Source: a virus. From it: 64,000 bases of DNA. Both the position numbers and the translations under genes were made by a program. A model generated the notes under the pieces. It was not told the origin of the DNA, did not search any database, and saw nothing but the letters and a program-made list of their open reading frames with translations. Position 1 is the stretch's first letter. The number at the start of each line of letters is the position of its first letter. Location of the stretch: positions 1 through 64,000 of IMG/VR virus record IMGVR_UViG_3300030060_007423; one strand, written 5' to 3'. Below, piece by piece: positions 50,001 through 58,853 of this stretch.

Positions 50001-50039
50001 AAGCCCTGGATTTGTTTTATCAATGAAGGGGCTTTTTTT
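50001..50039 (+). terminator. Intrinsic terminator
   Basis: AAGCCCT ... GGGGCTT stem followed by T run. Confidence 0.75.
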
Positions 50040-50047
50040 ACCAAAAA

Positions 50048-50080
50048 TATTTTTTTATCCCAAATAAAATAGTTATATTA
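50048..50080 (+). promoter_or_regulatory. Early-type promoter motif, copy 5
   Basis: TATTTTTTTATCC-CAAATAAAATA-GTTATATTA. Confidence 0.6.
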
Positions 50081-50104
50081 TACTAAACAAAAAGATAATA
50101 GCAT

Positions 50105-51154
50105 ATGTCAAAAAGCAGATACTTTTCAATACTTGAAACACTACAGGAGAATACTGATACTCCTTCTAACCCCAATGATAGAATATTAATCGTTGACGGG
50201 CTAAATACATTTATCAGAGCATTTGCAGCAAACCCAGTAACAAATGAAGATGGAATACATGTTGGTGGAATAACTGGTACACTAATGTCAATTGGATACG
50301 CAATAAAACAAATTAAACCAACACGTGTTATTATTTGTTTTGATGGAAAAGGTGGTAGCCAAAGAAGAAGAAAAATATTTCCAGATTATAAAGCAAATCG
50401 TAGAGTAAAATCTAGGCTTACACGGCATGGAAATCATAATACAATGGAAGATGAATCATTGTCTATGAAACAACAATTAATGAGGTGTGCTCAATATTTA
50501 CAACAATTACCAGTTACTGTTTTAAGTGTTGAAAATATTGAAGCAGATGATAGTATGGCATATATTTCTCAACAGGTATATCCTGATAGTCAAAAGTTTA
50601 TTATGTCAACAGATAGGGATTTTTTACAATTAGTATCTGACAAAGTACATGTATGGTCACCAACAAAAAAGAAGTTTTATTTTAAGGAAACAATAATGGA
50701 AGAGTATGGTATACCATCTCATAACTTTTTATTATATAGAACAATTGAAGGTGATGCATCTGATAATATCCCAGGAATTAGAGGTGCAGGTAGAAAAACC
50801 ATTGCAAATAGAATTCCTATAATAACAGAGAACAGGACAGTAACTATTGATGAAATAATTGATTTTACAGCACAAAATTCAAAATATAAAATATTAAAAA
50901 CAATTTCTGAATCAAAAGAATTGTTAGATATGAATTATAAACTAATGCAATTAGATGAGGTAGATATATCAGGTTCAGCAAAGACAAAGATAATGAATAC
51001 AGTAAGGTCACCTATCCAACGATTAGTAAAATATGAATTTCAAAAAATGATTTTAGAAGACAAAATCAATGGTTCAATTAAAAACCCAGACTTATGGTTA
51101 AAGCAAGTATTTTTACCATTAGACTCTTATGCAGGAATGACAAATGACAAGTAG
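50105..51154 (+). CDS. 5'-3' exonuclease / flap endonuclease (PolI N-terminal or T4 RNase H family)
   Basis: LIVDG, FDG, YKANR, EADD, STDRDFLQL, GDASDNIPG. Confidence 0.93.
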   Translation: MSKSRYFSILETLQENTDTPSNPNDRILIVDGLNTFIRAFAANPVTNEDGIHVGGITGTLMSIGYAIKQIKPTRVIICFDGKGGSQRRRKIFPDYKANRRVKSRLTRHGNHNTMEDESLSMKQQLMRCAQYLQQLPVTVLSVENIEADDSMAYISQQVYPDSQKFIMSTDRDFLQLVSDKVHVWSPTKKKFYFKETIMEEYGIPSHNFLLYRTIEGDASDNIPGIRGAGRKTIANRIPIITENRTVTIDEIIDFTAQNSKYKILKTISESKELLDMNYKLMQLDEVDISGSAKTKIMNTVRSPIQRLVKYEFQKMILEDKINGSIKNPDLWLKQVFLPLDSYAGMTNDK

Positions 51155-52505
51155 AATATCTGATTACGGTACAATATTTCAAGTAAAGTTAATAGCCTCA
51201 CTATTTACAGATAAGGCATTTCTTCAACAAATTACAGATATTCTAGAACCTAAAATGTTTGAAAATGAAGCAAATTTTTACATTGTAAAAGAAATCCAAA
51301 ATTACTTTAATGAATATAAAGCTCCTCCAACCTTAGAGGTAATGAAAGTGAAGGTTGCTGAAATAGAAAGTGAACTTCTTAAACAAACTGTAGTTGATAC
51401 ATTAAAGGAAGCATATAGAAATTTGGAAGCTTCTGATTTGGATTTTGTAAAACAACAAACTCTTGACTTTTGTAAAAACCAATGCATCAAATCTGCAATA
51501 ATGGATTCAGTTGAATTACTTAAGTTTAATGATTTTGATGGAATTAAATCTAAAGTTGATGCAGCAATGAAAGCTGGTGTAGAAAAGAATGTTGGCCATG
51601 AGTATAAAAATGACGTTGATGAAAGGTATTTGGAAAGTGTAAGAAACACTATAACAACTGGCTGGGATGTAATTGATGATATTGCCGATGGTGGTTTAGG
51701 GAAAGGTGAACTTGGAGTATTTGTTGCTCCTGCAGGTATTGGTAAGTCATGGGCATTAGTAAATGTTGGTGCAAATGCTGCAAAGGCTGGACTAAATGTT
51801 ATACACTATACTTTAGAGCTAAATGAGGCTTATGTTGGATTGAGATATGATAGTGTATTTACTGGTATATCTGCACAAGATTTGAAATTTAATATTGAAG
51901 AGGTAAAAAAGACAGTTGAAAATATGAAGGGAGATTTAATTGTTAAGCAATATCCAACAAAGTCTGCTTCAGTTTCAACAATTGGTGCGCATATTGAAAA
52001 ATGTAGGGTGCAAGGTTTCAAACCGGACTTGGTGATTGTTGATTATGCTGACCTATTAAGAGACATAAGTGGAGGCCGAGAAGTACGACATATGCTAGGT
52101 AACATTTATGAAGACTTAAGAGGACTAGCTGGTGAACATGAAATTCCGGTTTGGACTGCATCACAAGCAAACCGTTCAGCACTAGAAGAAGATGTAATTG
52201 GAGCAGAGAAAATTGCAGAATCATATAGTAAAATAATGACAGCAGATTTTGTTGTTTCATTAAGTAGAAAAATAGAAGATAAATTAGCCGGAACAGGTAG
52301 ATGGCACGTAATTAAAAATAGGTTTGGACCTGACGGAATGACATTTCCAAGTAAAGCAAATATGTCAAATGGTCAAATGCAAATATTTGAATCAAATTCT
52401 GTGCAGGGACAAGAGACACAAAAGGACATGAATAATCATAACGAATACTTAAGAAAAATATTAAAAAATAAGTACAAAGAACTTGATAAAGACAACAATA
52501 GTTGA
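51144..52505 (+). CDS. dnaB: Replicative DnaB-like helicase (gp41-like)
   Basis: APAGIGKS, TLEL, IVDYADLL, TASQANR, KNRFG. Confidence 0.93.
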   Translation: MTSRISDYGTIFQVKLIASLFTDKAFLQQITDILEPKMFENEANFYIVKEIQNYFNEYKAPPTLEVMKVKVAEIESELLKQTVVDTLKEAYRNLEASDLDFVKQQTLDFCKNQCIKSAIMDSVELLKFNDFDGIKSKVDAAMKAGVEKNVGHEYKNDVDERYLESVRNTITTGWDVIDDIADGGLGKGELGVFVAPAGIGKSWALVNVGANAAKAGLNVIHYTLELNEAYVGLRYDSVFTGISAQDLKFNIEEVKKTVENMKGDLIVKQYPTKSASVSTIGAHIEKCRVQGFKPDLVIVDYADLLRDISGGREVRHMLGNIYEDLRGLAGEHEIPVWTASQANRSALEEDVIGAEKIAESYSKIMTADFVVSLSRKIEDKLAGTGRWHVIKNRFGPDGMTFPSKANMSNGQMQIFESNSVQGQETQKDMNNHNEYLRKILKNKYKELDKDNNS

Positions 52506-52599
52506 CTTTATATAAATATATTTTGATATTTATTACAGACTGGCAATTAGCCGGTTATTTTTTTCAGTAATTGTTCTATAAAGTAAAGAGGAAAGTATA

Positions 52600-54459
52600 A
52601 TGGAAGTATCTAATCAGATTTTATCAAACATAACAGTACATATGAAGTACGCTAAGTTTATTCCAGAACTTGGGAGAAGAGAAACGTGGGAAGAGCTTGT
52701 TACAAGAAACAAAGCCATGCATATTAAAAAATATCCACAATTGAAAGAAGAAATTGAAGAAAAGTACAAGTTTGTGTATGACAAAAAAATACTTCCATCA
52801 ATGCGTAGTTTACAGTTTGGTGGAAAACCAATTGAAATTTCACCAAATAGAATTTACAACTGTGCATATCTGCCTATAGATTCTATTGATGCTTTTAGTG
52901 AAACAATGTTTTTGTTGTTAGGTGGAACAGGTGTTGGTTATTCAGTACAAAAACACCATGTTGAAAAACTACCAATGATACAAAAACCATACCCAAAGAG
53001 AAAGAAAAGATTCTTAATTGGTGATAGTATAGAAGGTTGGGCAGATGCCATTAAAGTTCTTATGAAATCTTATATGAATGGTGGTGGAAGTAGAATAGAG
53101 TTTGACTTTTCAGATATTAGACCTAAAGGTGCAATGCTTGTAACATCAGGTGGTAAAGCTCCAGGACCTCAACCACTTAAAGAGTGTGTATTAAAGGTTA
53201 AGGGTATTTTAGAACAAAAAGAATCTGGTGAAAAATTAACTACAATTGAAGCTCATGATATTGTATGCCATATCGCTGATGCAGTTCTTGCAGGTGGTAT
53301 TCGTAGAGCCGCTCTTATTAGTTTGTTTAGTGCAGACGATGACCAAATGATTGCTTGTAAATCAGGTAACTGGTGGGAGCTAAATCCACAACGTGGTAGA
53401 GCAAATAATTCAGCTTGTTTAATGAGACATAAAATCACAAAAGAGTTTTTTATGGATCTTTGGAAAAGGGTAGAATTATCTGGTGCAGGTGAACCTGGTA
53501 TCTATTTTAATAATGACAAAGACTGGGGAACTAACCCATGTTGCGAAATAGCATTAAGGCCATTTCAGTTTTGTAATTTATGTGAAGTAAATGCTAGTGA
53601 CATAGAAGACCAAGAAGACTTAAATGAAAGAGTTAAAGCAGCTGCATTTATAGGTACACTTCAAGCAGGTTATACATCTTTTCATTATCTTAGAGATATT
53701 TGGAGAGAAACAACAGAAAAAGAAGCACTCATTGGTGTAAGTATGACAGGTATTGGTAGTGGTACTGTTTTAGGATATGATATGAAACAAGCTGCTGACA
53801 AAGTAAAGAGGGAAAATACTCGAGTTGCAAAAATTATTGGTGTAAACAAATCGGCAAGAACAACAACAGTTAAACCTGCAGGAACAACAAGTTTAGTTTT
53901 AGGTACCTCATCTGGAATCCATGCATGGCATAATGATTATTATATCAGAAGAATTAGAGTTGGTAAAAATGAATCAATATATAATTATTTGAAAACAAAC
54001 CACCCAGTTCTAGTTGAAGATGAATATTTTAGACCACATGATACTGCTGTTATTCAAGTACCACAAAAAGCTCCAGAAGGTTCAATACTTAGAACAGAAT
54101 CACCTTTCCAACTATTTGATAGAGTAAAGAGAGTTGCAACTGAATGGGTCAAATCAGGACATCGTAAAGGTTCAAATAGTCACAATGTATCAGCAACAGT
54201 TTCTCTTAAAGAAGAAGATTGGCAGTTGGCTGGCGAGTGGATGTGGGAAAACAGGACTCACTATAATGGTTTATCTGTTTTACCTTATGATGGCGGAACT
54301 TATACTCAAGCACCATTTGAAGATATAGATAAAACAACATATGATGAAATGATGAAGTCTTTAACAGAAGTTGATTTATCAAATGTTGTAGAGCTTGAAG
54401 ATAATACAAATTTATCTGGCGAATTGGCTTGCGCAGGAGGTAGCTGTGAGATTACATAA
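52600..54459 (+). CDS. nrdJ: Class II (B12-dependent) ribonucleotide reductase
   Basis: RETW, YNCA, TNPCCEI, FCNLCE, VKPAGT, C-terminal CAGGSC; no small subunit adjacent. Confidence 0.92.
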   Translation: MEVSNQILSNITVHMKYAKFIPELGRRETWEELVTRNKAMHIKKYPQLKEEIEEKYKFVYDKKILPSMRSLQFGGKPIEISPNRIYNCAYLPIDSIDAFSETMFLLLGGTGVGYSVQKHHVEKLPMIQKPYPKRKKRFLIGDSIEGWADAIKVLMKSYMNGGGSRIEFDFSDIRPKGAMLVTSGGKAPGPQPLKECVLKVKGILEQKESGEKLTTIEAHDIVCHIADAVLAGGIRRAALISLFSADDDQMIACKSGNWWELNPQRGRANNSACLMRHKITKEFFMDLWKRVELSGAGEPGIYFNNDKDWGTNPCCEIALRPFQFCNLCEVNASDIEDQEDLNERVKAAAFIGTLQAGYTSFHYLRDIWRETTEKEALIGVSMTGIGSGTVLGYDMKQAADKVKRENTRVAKIIGVNKSARTTTVKPAGTTSLVLGTSSGIHAWHNDYYIRRIRVGKNESIYNYLKTNHPVLVEDEYFRPHDTAVIQVPQKAPEGSILRTESPFQLFDRVKRVATEWVKSGHRKGSNSHNVSATVSLKEEDWQLAGEWMWENRTHYNGLSVLPYDGGTYTQAPFEDIDKTTYDEMMKSLTEVDLSNVVELEDNTNLSGELACAGGSCEIT

Positions 54460-54637
54460 ACCTGATTGGATAGAAGAGTTATACCTTAAAGAGTATATTA
54501 ACAAACAATCAACCAAAGATTATTATTGGGAAAATGGCAAAATGGTAATGACAGAAAATTACCATGTAAACCGAGGTTACTGTTGTAAAAACGGATGTAA
54601 GCATTGCCCTTATGAAAACAGTAAATCAACAGGCTAA
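54395..54637 (+). CDS. Small Cys-rich protein (DUF5522-like); true start uncertain
   Basis: YYWENGKMVMTE.YH..RGYCC.NGC.HCPY. Confidence 0.65.
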   Translation: MKIIQIYLANWLAQEVAVRLHKPDWIEELYLKEYINKQSTKDYYWENGKMVMTENYHVNRGYCCKNGCKHCPYENSKSTG

Positions 54638-54821
54638 AATTTTACAAGATGAGATTAAAGCCAAAAAGTTAGAATTGTCTAAATTACAAGATGATTGTAA
54701 ACATGAAAAAAAACAAATAAAAATGGATGAAACAAACTCCGCAATGTGGGAATGTGAAAATTGTTCAAGACGACTAAGATACCCTACACCTGCAGAGATG
54801 GATATATGGATTAGCAAGTAA
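54612..54821 (+). CDS. Small putative zinc-binding protein
   Basis: CKH ... CENC. Confidence 0.6.
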   Translation: MKTVNQQAKILQDEIKAKKLELSKLQDDCKHEKKQIKMDETNSAMWECENCSRRLRYPTPAEMDIWISK

Positions 54822-55723
54822 TGAACATATTAAGTAGTTATGTAGGAAATACGCCTTTAGTTCCAATTACTATGGGAGGTTACACAGTCTGGTGTAAATG
54901 TGAATTTATGAATCCCGGTGGTTCTGTTAAAGATAGAATGGCCACCCACATATTAAATAGTGCTGAACACAATAAATTAATCAAAAAAGGTGATACACTA
55001 ATAGAGGCAACTTCAGGAAATACTGGAATTGCTTTTGCTATGTTAGCAGCTGAACGAGGTTATAAAATGAAAATTGTTATGCCGTGCAATATGAGCGAAG
55101 AACGTAAACAAATGTTAAAGTTTTATGGCGCCGAATTAATAGAGGTTGATGCAGGTGATTTTGATGCTGCAATTGATTTAAGAGATACACTTGCAAATGC
55201 TAAGGGATGGTTTAATTGTAATCAGTTTCATAACCCACTAAATATAGAAGCACACTATAAAAATACAGGACCAGAGATAGAAAGACAAGTTAGGTCTCAA
55301 CTTGATAGCTATGATTATGATGGATGGCCTCAAGCATTTGTGGCTGGAACAGGTACTGGTGGAACAATTATGGGTTGTGGAAAATACCTACAAAAACATT
55401 ATCCAGGTATAAGTTTAGTTGCAGTTGAACCAGAAGAAAGTGCCGTCATGTCAGGGATGGAACCAGGCTTACATGGTATACAAGGAATTGGTGATGGTAG
55501 TAAGTTTTTAGTAGACTTAAACAAAATTAGTGATATTATAACTGTACATACAGAATGTGCAAAAAAAGTAGCAAAACATTTGGCATTACGATATGGCTTA
55601 TTTGTTGGAATAAGTGCTGGTGCAAATGTTAAGGCCGCATTTGAATGGTTACGTGACAATGATAAAAAACATGCAATAACTATTCTTTGTGATAGAGGTG
55701 AAAGGTATTTTAGTTGCTTATGA
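54821..55723 (+). CDS. cysK: Cysteine synthase (PLP-dependent, CysK/CysM family)
   Basis: GNTPL, NPGGSVKDR, EATSGNTG, NQF.N, GTGGT, HGIQGIG, DRGERY. Confidence 0.93.
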   Translation: MNILSSYVGNTPLVPITMGGYTVWCKCEFMNPGGSVKDRMATHILNSAEHNKLIKKGDTLIEATSGNTGIAFAMLAAERGYKMKIVMPCNMSEERKQMLKFYGAELIEVDAGDFDAAIDLRDTLANAKGWFNCNQFHNPLNIEAHYKNTGPEIERQVRSQLDSYDYDGWPQAFVAGTGTGGTIMGCGKYLQKHYPGISLVAVEPEESAVMSGMEPGLHGIQGIGDGSKFLVDLNKISDIITVHTECAKKVAKHLALRYGLFVGISAGANVKAAFEWLRDNDKKHAITILCDRGERYFSCL

Positions 55724-56430
55724 ATTATTTATTTGATGTAGATGGTACATTAACCCCAAGTAGGTTAAAAATTGATCCAGAATTTGAGAAATTTTTCTTA
55801 AATTGGATGAAAAACAAAGATGTTTATTTAGTTACAGGTTCAGATAAGGATAAAACAATAGAACAAGTAGGTATAAAAATTTGGACAAATGTTACAAGAG
55901 CATATCAATCATGTGGCAATGCTGTTTATGAAAATGGTATGTTAATTGACCAACGTGATTTTATACTAGAGCCTGAACTCAAAAAGCTATTATTAGAATT
56001 TGTAAAGTGGTCAGATTGTCCAAAACAATTTAGTAATCATATTGAGGAAAGAATTGGATTGGTTAACTTTAGTACTATTGGTAGAACTTGTACTCAAGAC
56101 GCAAGAAATGATTATTATAAATGGGACAATAAGATTAAAGAAAGAGAATCTTTTTGTAAAATAATTGAAGAAAAATTTCCAGAATTAGAAGCAACTGTAG
56201 GTGGAGAAATATCAATAGACATTTATCCTAAAGGGCAAAATAAAGCACAAGTGTTAGATGATATAATTGGACCTGTTACATTTTTTGGTGATAAATGCAA
56301 ACCTGGTGGTAATGACTATCCAATAGTAAATCGCTTAGGCATGCTAAATGAAGAAAATGAACTATCAGTAACTGTTCATGAAGTATCTAATTGGAAAGAT
56401 ACATTAAAAATATTAAATAGTTATAAATGA
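55720..56430 (+). CDS. Phosphomannomutase, HAD-IIB (eukaryote-type PMM)
   Basis: FDVDGTLT, VTGSD, IEER.GLVNFS.IGR, GGEISIDI, FFGDK..PGGNDY. Confidence 0.85.
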   Translation: MNYLFDVDGTLTPSRLKIDPEFEKFFLNWMKNKDVYLVTGSDKDKTIEQVGIKIWTNVTRAYQSCGNAVYENGMLIDQRDFILEPELKKLLLEFVKWSDCPKQFSNHIEERIGLVNFSTIGRTCTQDARNDYYKWDNKIKERESFCKIIEEKFPELEATVGGEISIDIYPKGQNKAQVLDDIIGPVTFFGDKCKPGGNDYPIVNRLGMLNEENELSVTVHEVSNWKDTLKILNSYK

Positions 56431-56624
56431 AAAAAGTAAAAATATCATTCTCAAAACCAGTTAAGTTAAATAGGCATGAACCTGTAACTGAAGTGATAAT
56501 AGATAAAACAGTATCCGAAGGTCACAATTCAATTGAAAGAGACATTCAATATATCCTCTGCAATGCAATGAGTGATATGAGATACAAGGGACTAAAATCA
56601 TTTAATGTAGAAATTATAGAATAA
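56427..56624 (+). CDS. Hypothetical protein
   Basis: 65 aa, overlapping both neighbours. Confidence 0.6.
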   Translation: MKKVKISFSKPVKLNRHEPVTEVIIDKTVSEGHNSIERDIQYILCNAMSDMRYKGLKSFNVEIIE

Positions 56625-57481
56625 TGAAATGTATAGTTGGAAATAATTTAACAGCATTGTTAGCATCTCACATATTTAGTGATTTAGATTTTTATAACCA
56701 TGAAAAACAAATGGTTGAAGAATATACATACATTCCTACAACCGCATCTATTATTGATATATTAGATTGTTTAGGTTTAGACTTTTCAATAAAATCATTT
56801 AAGTGTTGTTTTGATAATCGTGGAAAACTATCTGCAAAATTTGATGAAACATTTGTAAATATTTGGTGTATACATACAAGAGGCAAATCAGTTGTTGAGA
56901 AAAGTTACATTGATAATTTATCACATAAGGTAAGTTACATATCAATAAATGATTTACCACCACTTGAAAGTCTAAATATATTAAAATCAGTTTTACTAGA
57001 AAAATCAAATGCAAAATCAACAATATCAGGCATTGAAGAATTAGAAGATTACAAAAAAGTTTTGTGGTGCCATGATTTGCGATTACTCAATAGTGGCATT
57101 ATAACTGAATATGTTGATAGTTATCAGTATATATGTAAGCATTCAGAAGTAGATGGTATAAACCAAATATTTGATGTTGTATATAGCATAGGAAAACCAT
57201 ATTACAGAAAAATTTACTCAGGAGAAAATGTAATATATAGTGCAATGCGAAAAATATATGACAAAACAGTTGATGATAATACAGTTTTAGAATCATCACC
57301 AACAATACAGATTGTTGACAACCTTAGATTAAATTCATTCAAAAAGTTTGACTTATTAGGTGTATATTCACAATGGGATTTAGGTATGAGTTTAGGAAAG
57401 GTACTTATGCGTTGCAATGAACTTAGAGAATATTACATTGATGATAAAAAAATATCTAAAAATATTTTTATTTCTCAATAA
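56624..57481 (+). CDS. Hypothetical protein, possibly a degenerate flavin-binding fold
   Basis: N-terminal CIVGNNLTALLA and C-terminal LLGVYSQW resemble eroded GxGxxG and GRxxxW motifs. Confidence 0.45.
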   Translation: MKCIVGNNLTALLASHIFSDLDFYNHEKQMVEEYTYIPTTASIIDILDCLGLDFSIKSFKCCFDNRGKLSAKFDETFVNIWCIHTRGKSVVEKSYIDNLSHKVSYISINDLPPLESLNILKSVLLEKSNAKSTISGIEELEDYKKVLWCHDLRLLNSGIITEYVDSYQYICKHSEVDGINQIFDVVYSIGKPYYRKIYSGENVIYSAMRKIYDKTVDDNTVLESSPTIQIVDNLRLNSFKKFDLLGVYSQWDLGMSLGKVLMRCNELREYYIDDKKISKNIFISQ

Positions 57482-57495
57482 TTTTTGTTATATTA
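57463..57495 (+). promoter_or_regulatory. Early-type promoter motif, copy 6
   Basis: TATTTTTATTTCT-CAATAATTTTT-GTTATATTA. Confidence 0.6.
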
Positions 57496-57524
57496 GATAA
57501 AATAAAGAAAACAGGTTATATACT

Positions 57525-58394
57525 ATGAGAAAATATTGGTCAGTACCAAAAACCGAGTCAGGTAGATACAGCGGTTTACATGAAGCTTTTTATTGGGAAT
57601 TACAAAATATTGTGAATCAACGAAACACAGTAAAAAGTCGTGGAACAAATCAAAAAGAAGTATTGTTTAGAAGTTTTATTATTGATGACCCAACAAATCT
57701 AGGAATTTGGTGGCCAAGTAGAAAATTTAATGAAACATATACATTAGCAGAATTTCTTTGGTATTTGTCAAGAAACCCAAATGCAACTAATATTGGTAAA
57801 TTTGCAAGAATTTGGTTAAACATTAAAGACAACGAGGATAATGTAGAATCAAATTATGGCTGTTATGTTTTTGGAAATCAATGGAACTGGTCTGTAAATG
57901 AATTAACAAAAGACAAGGATAGTCGGCGTGCAACATTTGTTATAGGACAACCATATCATAAAACAAAAAATCCAAATGATATACCATGTACACAATACTT
58001 ACAGTTTTTTATAAGAAATAATAAACTTCATATGGGAGTAAGTATGAGAAGTAATGATATTATTTTTGGAATGTCAAATGATATTTTTATATTTTGTTTA
58101 TTTCAACAATTAATGTATAATGAATTAAAACAAGTATACTCAGATTTAGAACTTGGTTCATATTATCACCATGCAGGAAGTTTACACTTGTATGAAATGC
58201 ACAATGAAATGGCAAATAATATTTTAGTTATTGACGGTGAGGATACTGAATATTATGGAAAGCATTATAAATTAAAAGAACATATAACATTAGATTATAT
58301 ACAACAAACTAAAATGTATTTACCAACTAAAGATATGACAAAAGAAGAAATTGGTGAATATGCAAATGATATTAGTAAAAGTTTATTTATATGA
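57525..58394 (+). CDS. Thymidylate-synthase-fold enzyme, dCMP hydroxymethylase-like
   Basis: DSRRA, DIPCT, MRSNDIIFGMSND (Asp at the specificity position), GSLHLY. Confidence 0.8.
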   Translation: MRKYWSVPKTESGRYSGLHEAFYWELQNIVNQRNTVKSRGTNQKEVLFRSFIIDDPTNLGIWWPSRKFNETYTLAEFLWYLSRNPNATNIGKFARIWLNIKDNEDNVESNYGCYVFGNQWNWSVNELTKDKDSRRATFVIGQPYHKTKNPNDIPCTQYLQFFIRNNKLHMGVSMRSNDIIFGMSNDIFIFCLFQQLMYNELKQVYSDLELGSYYHHAGSLHLYEMHNEMANNILVIDGEDTEYYGKHYKLKEHITLDYIQQTKMYLPTKDMTKEEIGEYANDISKSLFI

Positions 58395-58675
58395 AAAAGA
58401 AAGAATCAATATTAAAAAGAGCAGACGGTATAATCAATAACCGTTCAGAAGAAAAAGAAAGAAAATACGGACCATTTAGCGAAGGCATGGAAAGAGCAGC
58501 TAAAATTGCAAGTGGTATGACAGGAAAAGACTTTGTAGCAGAAGATATGTACGCTGCACTAGTTGCACTAAAATTATCAAGACACTCATATAACTATAGG
58601 GAAGATAATCTACTTGATGCTGTTGCGTATTTAGGAGGTTTGGATAACTATATAAAGGAAAATAAAAATGGCTAG
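58391..58675 (+). CDS. DUF6378-like all-alpha protein (putative dNTP pyrophosphatase fold)
   Basis: YG...A...S...LKLSR....DNLLD...Y pattern. Confidence 0.6.
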   Translation: MKKKESILKRADGIINNRSEEKERKYGPFSEGMERAAKIASGMTGKDFVAEDMYAALVALKLSRHSYNYREDNLLDAVAYLGGLDNYIKENKNG

Positions 58676-58853
58676 AAAAATAGTAAGAAAATGGAACCCA
58701 GATTATAAAAAAGCATGGGTAAGGGTAGCTTTACAAAATGCATTAAGTACAATAGATTATGGTGAGCTATCAACCGCAAGTAAAAGACTTATATCTCAAG
58801 TACTAGCAGAATGTGATATAAAGGCAAAGGAAAAAGAGGAGATGGTAAAATGA
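58668..58853 (+). CDS. Hypothetical protein
   Basis: 61 aa; AAGGA upstream; overlaps neighbours. Confidence 0.6.
   Translation: MARKIVRKWNPDYKKAWVRVALQNALSTIDYGELSTASKRLISQVLAECDIKAKEKEEMVK

Noticed and set aside
49756-50035. tmRNA or tRNA on the minus strand (reverse complement contains ...GCCACCA at one end)
   Set aside because: No T-arm (GTTCRA) before the CCA and no matching acceptor stem; CCACCA is just one arm of a local hairpin
43318-51154. PolA and the 5'-3' exonuclease as a broken polA pseudogene
   Set aside because: Both ORFs are intact, 5 kb apart and have their own promoter motifs; stand-alone flap nucleases are normal in phages
13315-54459. Inteins, introns or homing endonucleases in terminase, RecA, helicase or RNR
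   Set aside because: Proteins are of normal length with contiguous motifs; no splicing or LAGLIDADG/HNH signatures seen
57525-58394. Canonical thymidylate synthase thyA
   Set aside because: Specificity residue is Asp rather than Asn and the context is a cytosine-modification cluster
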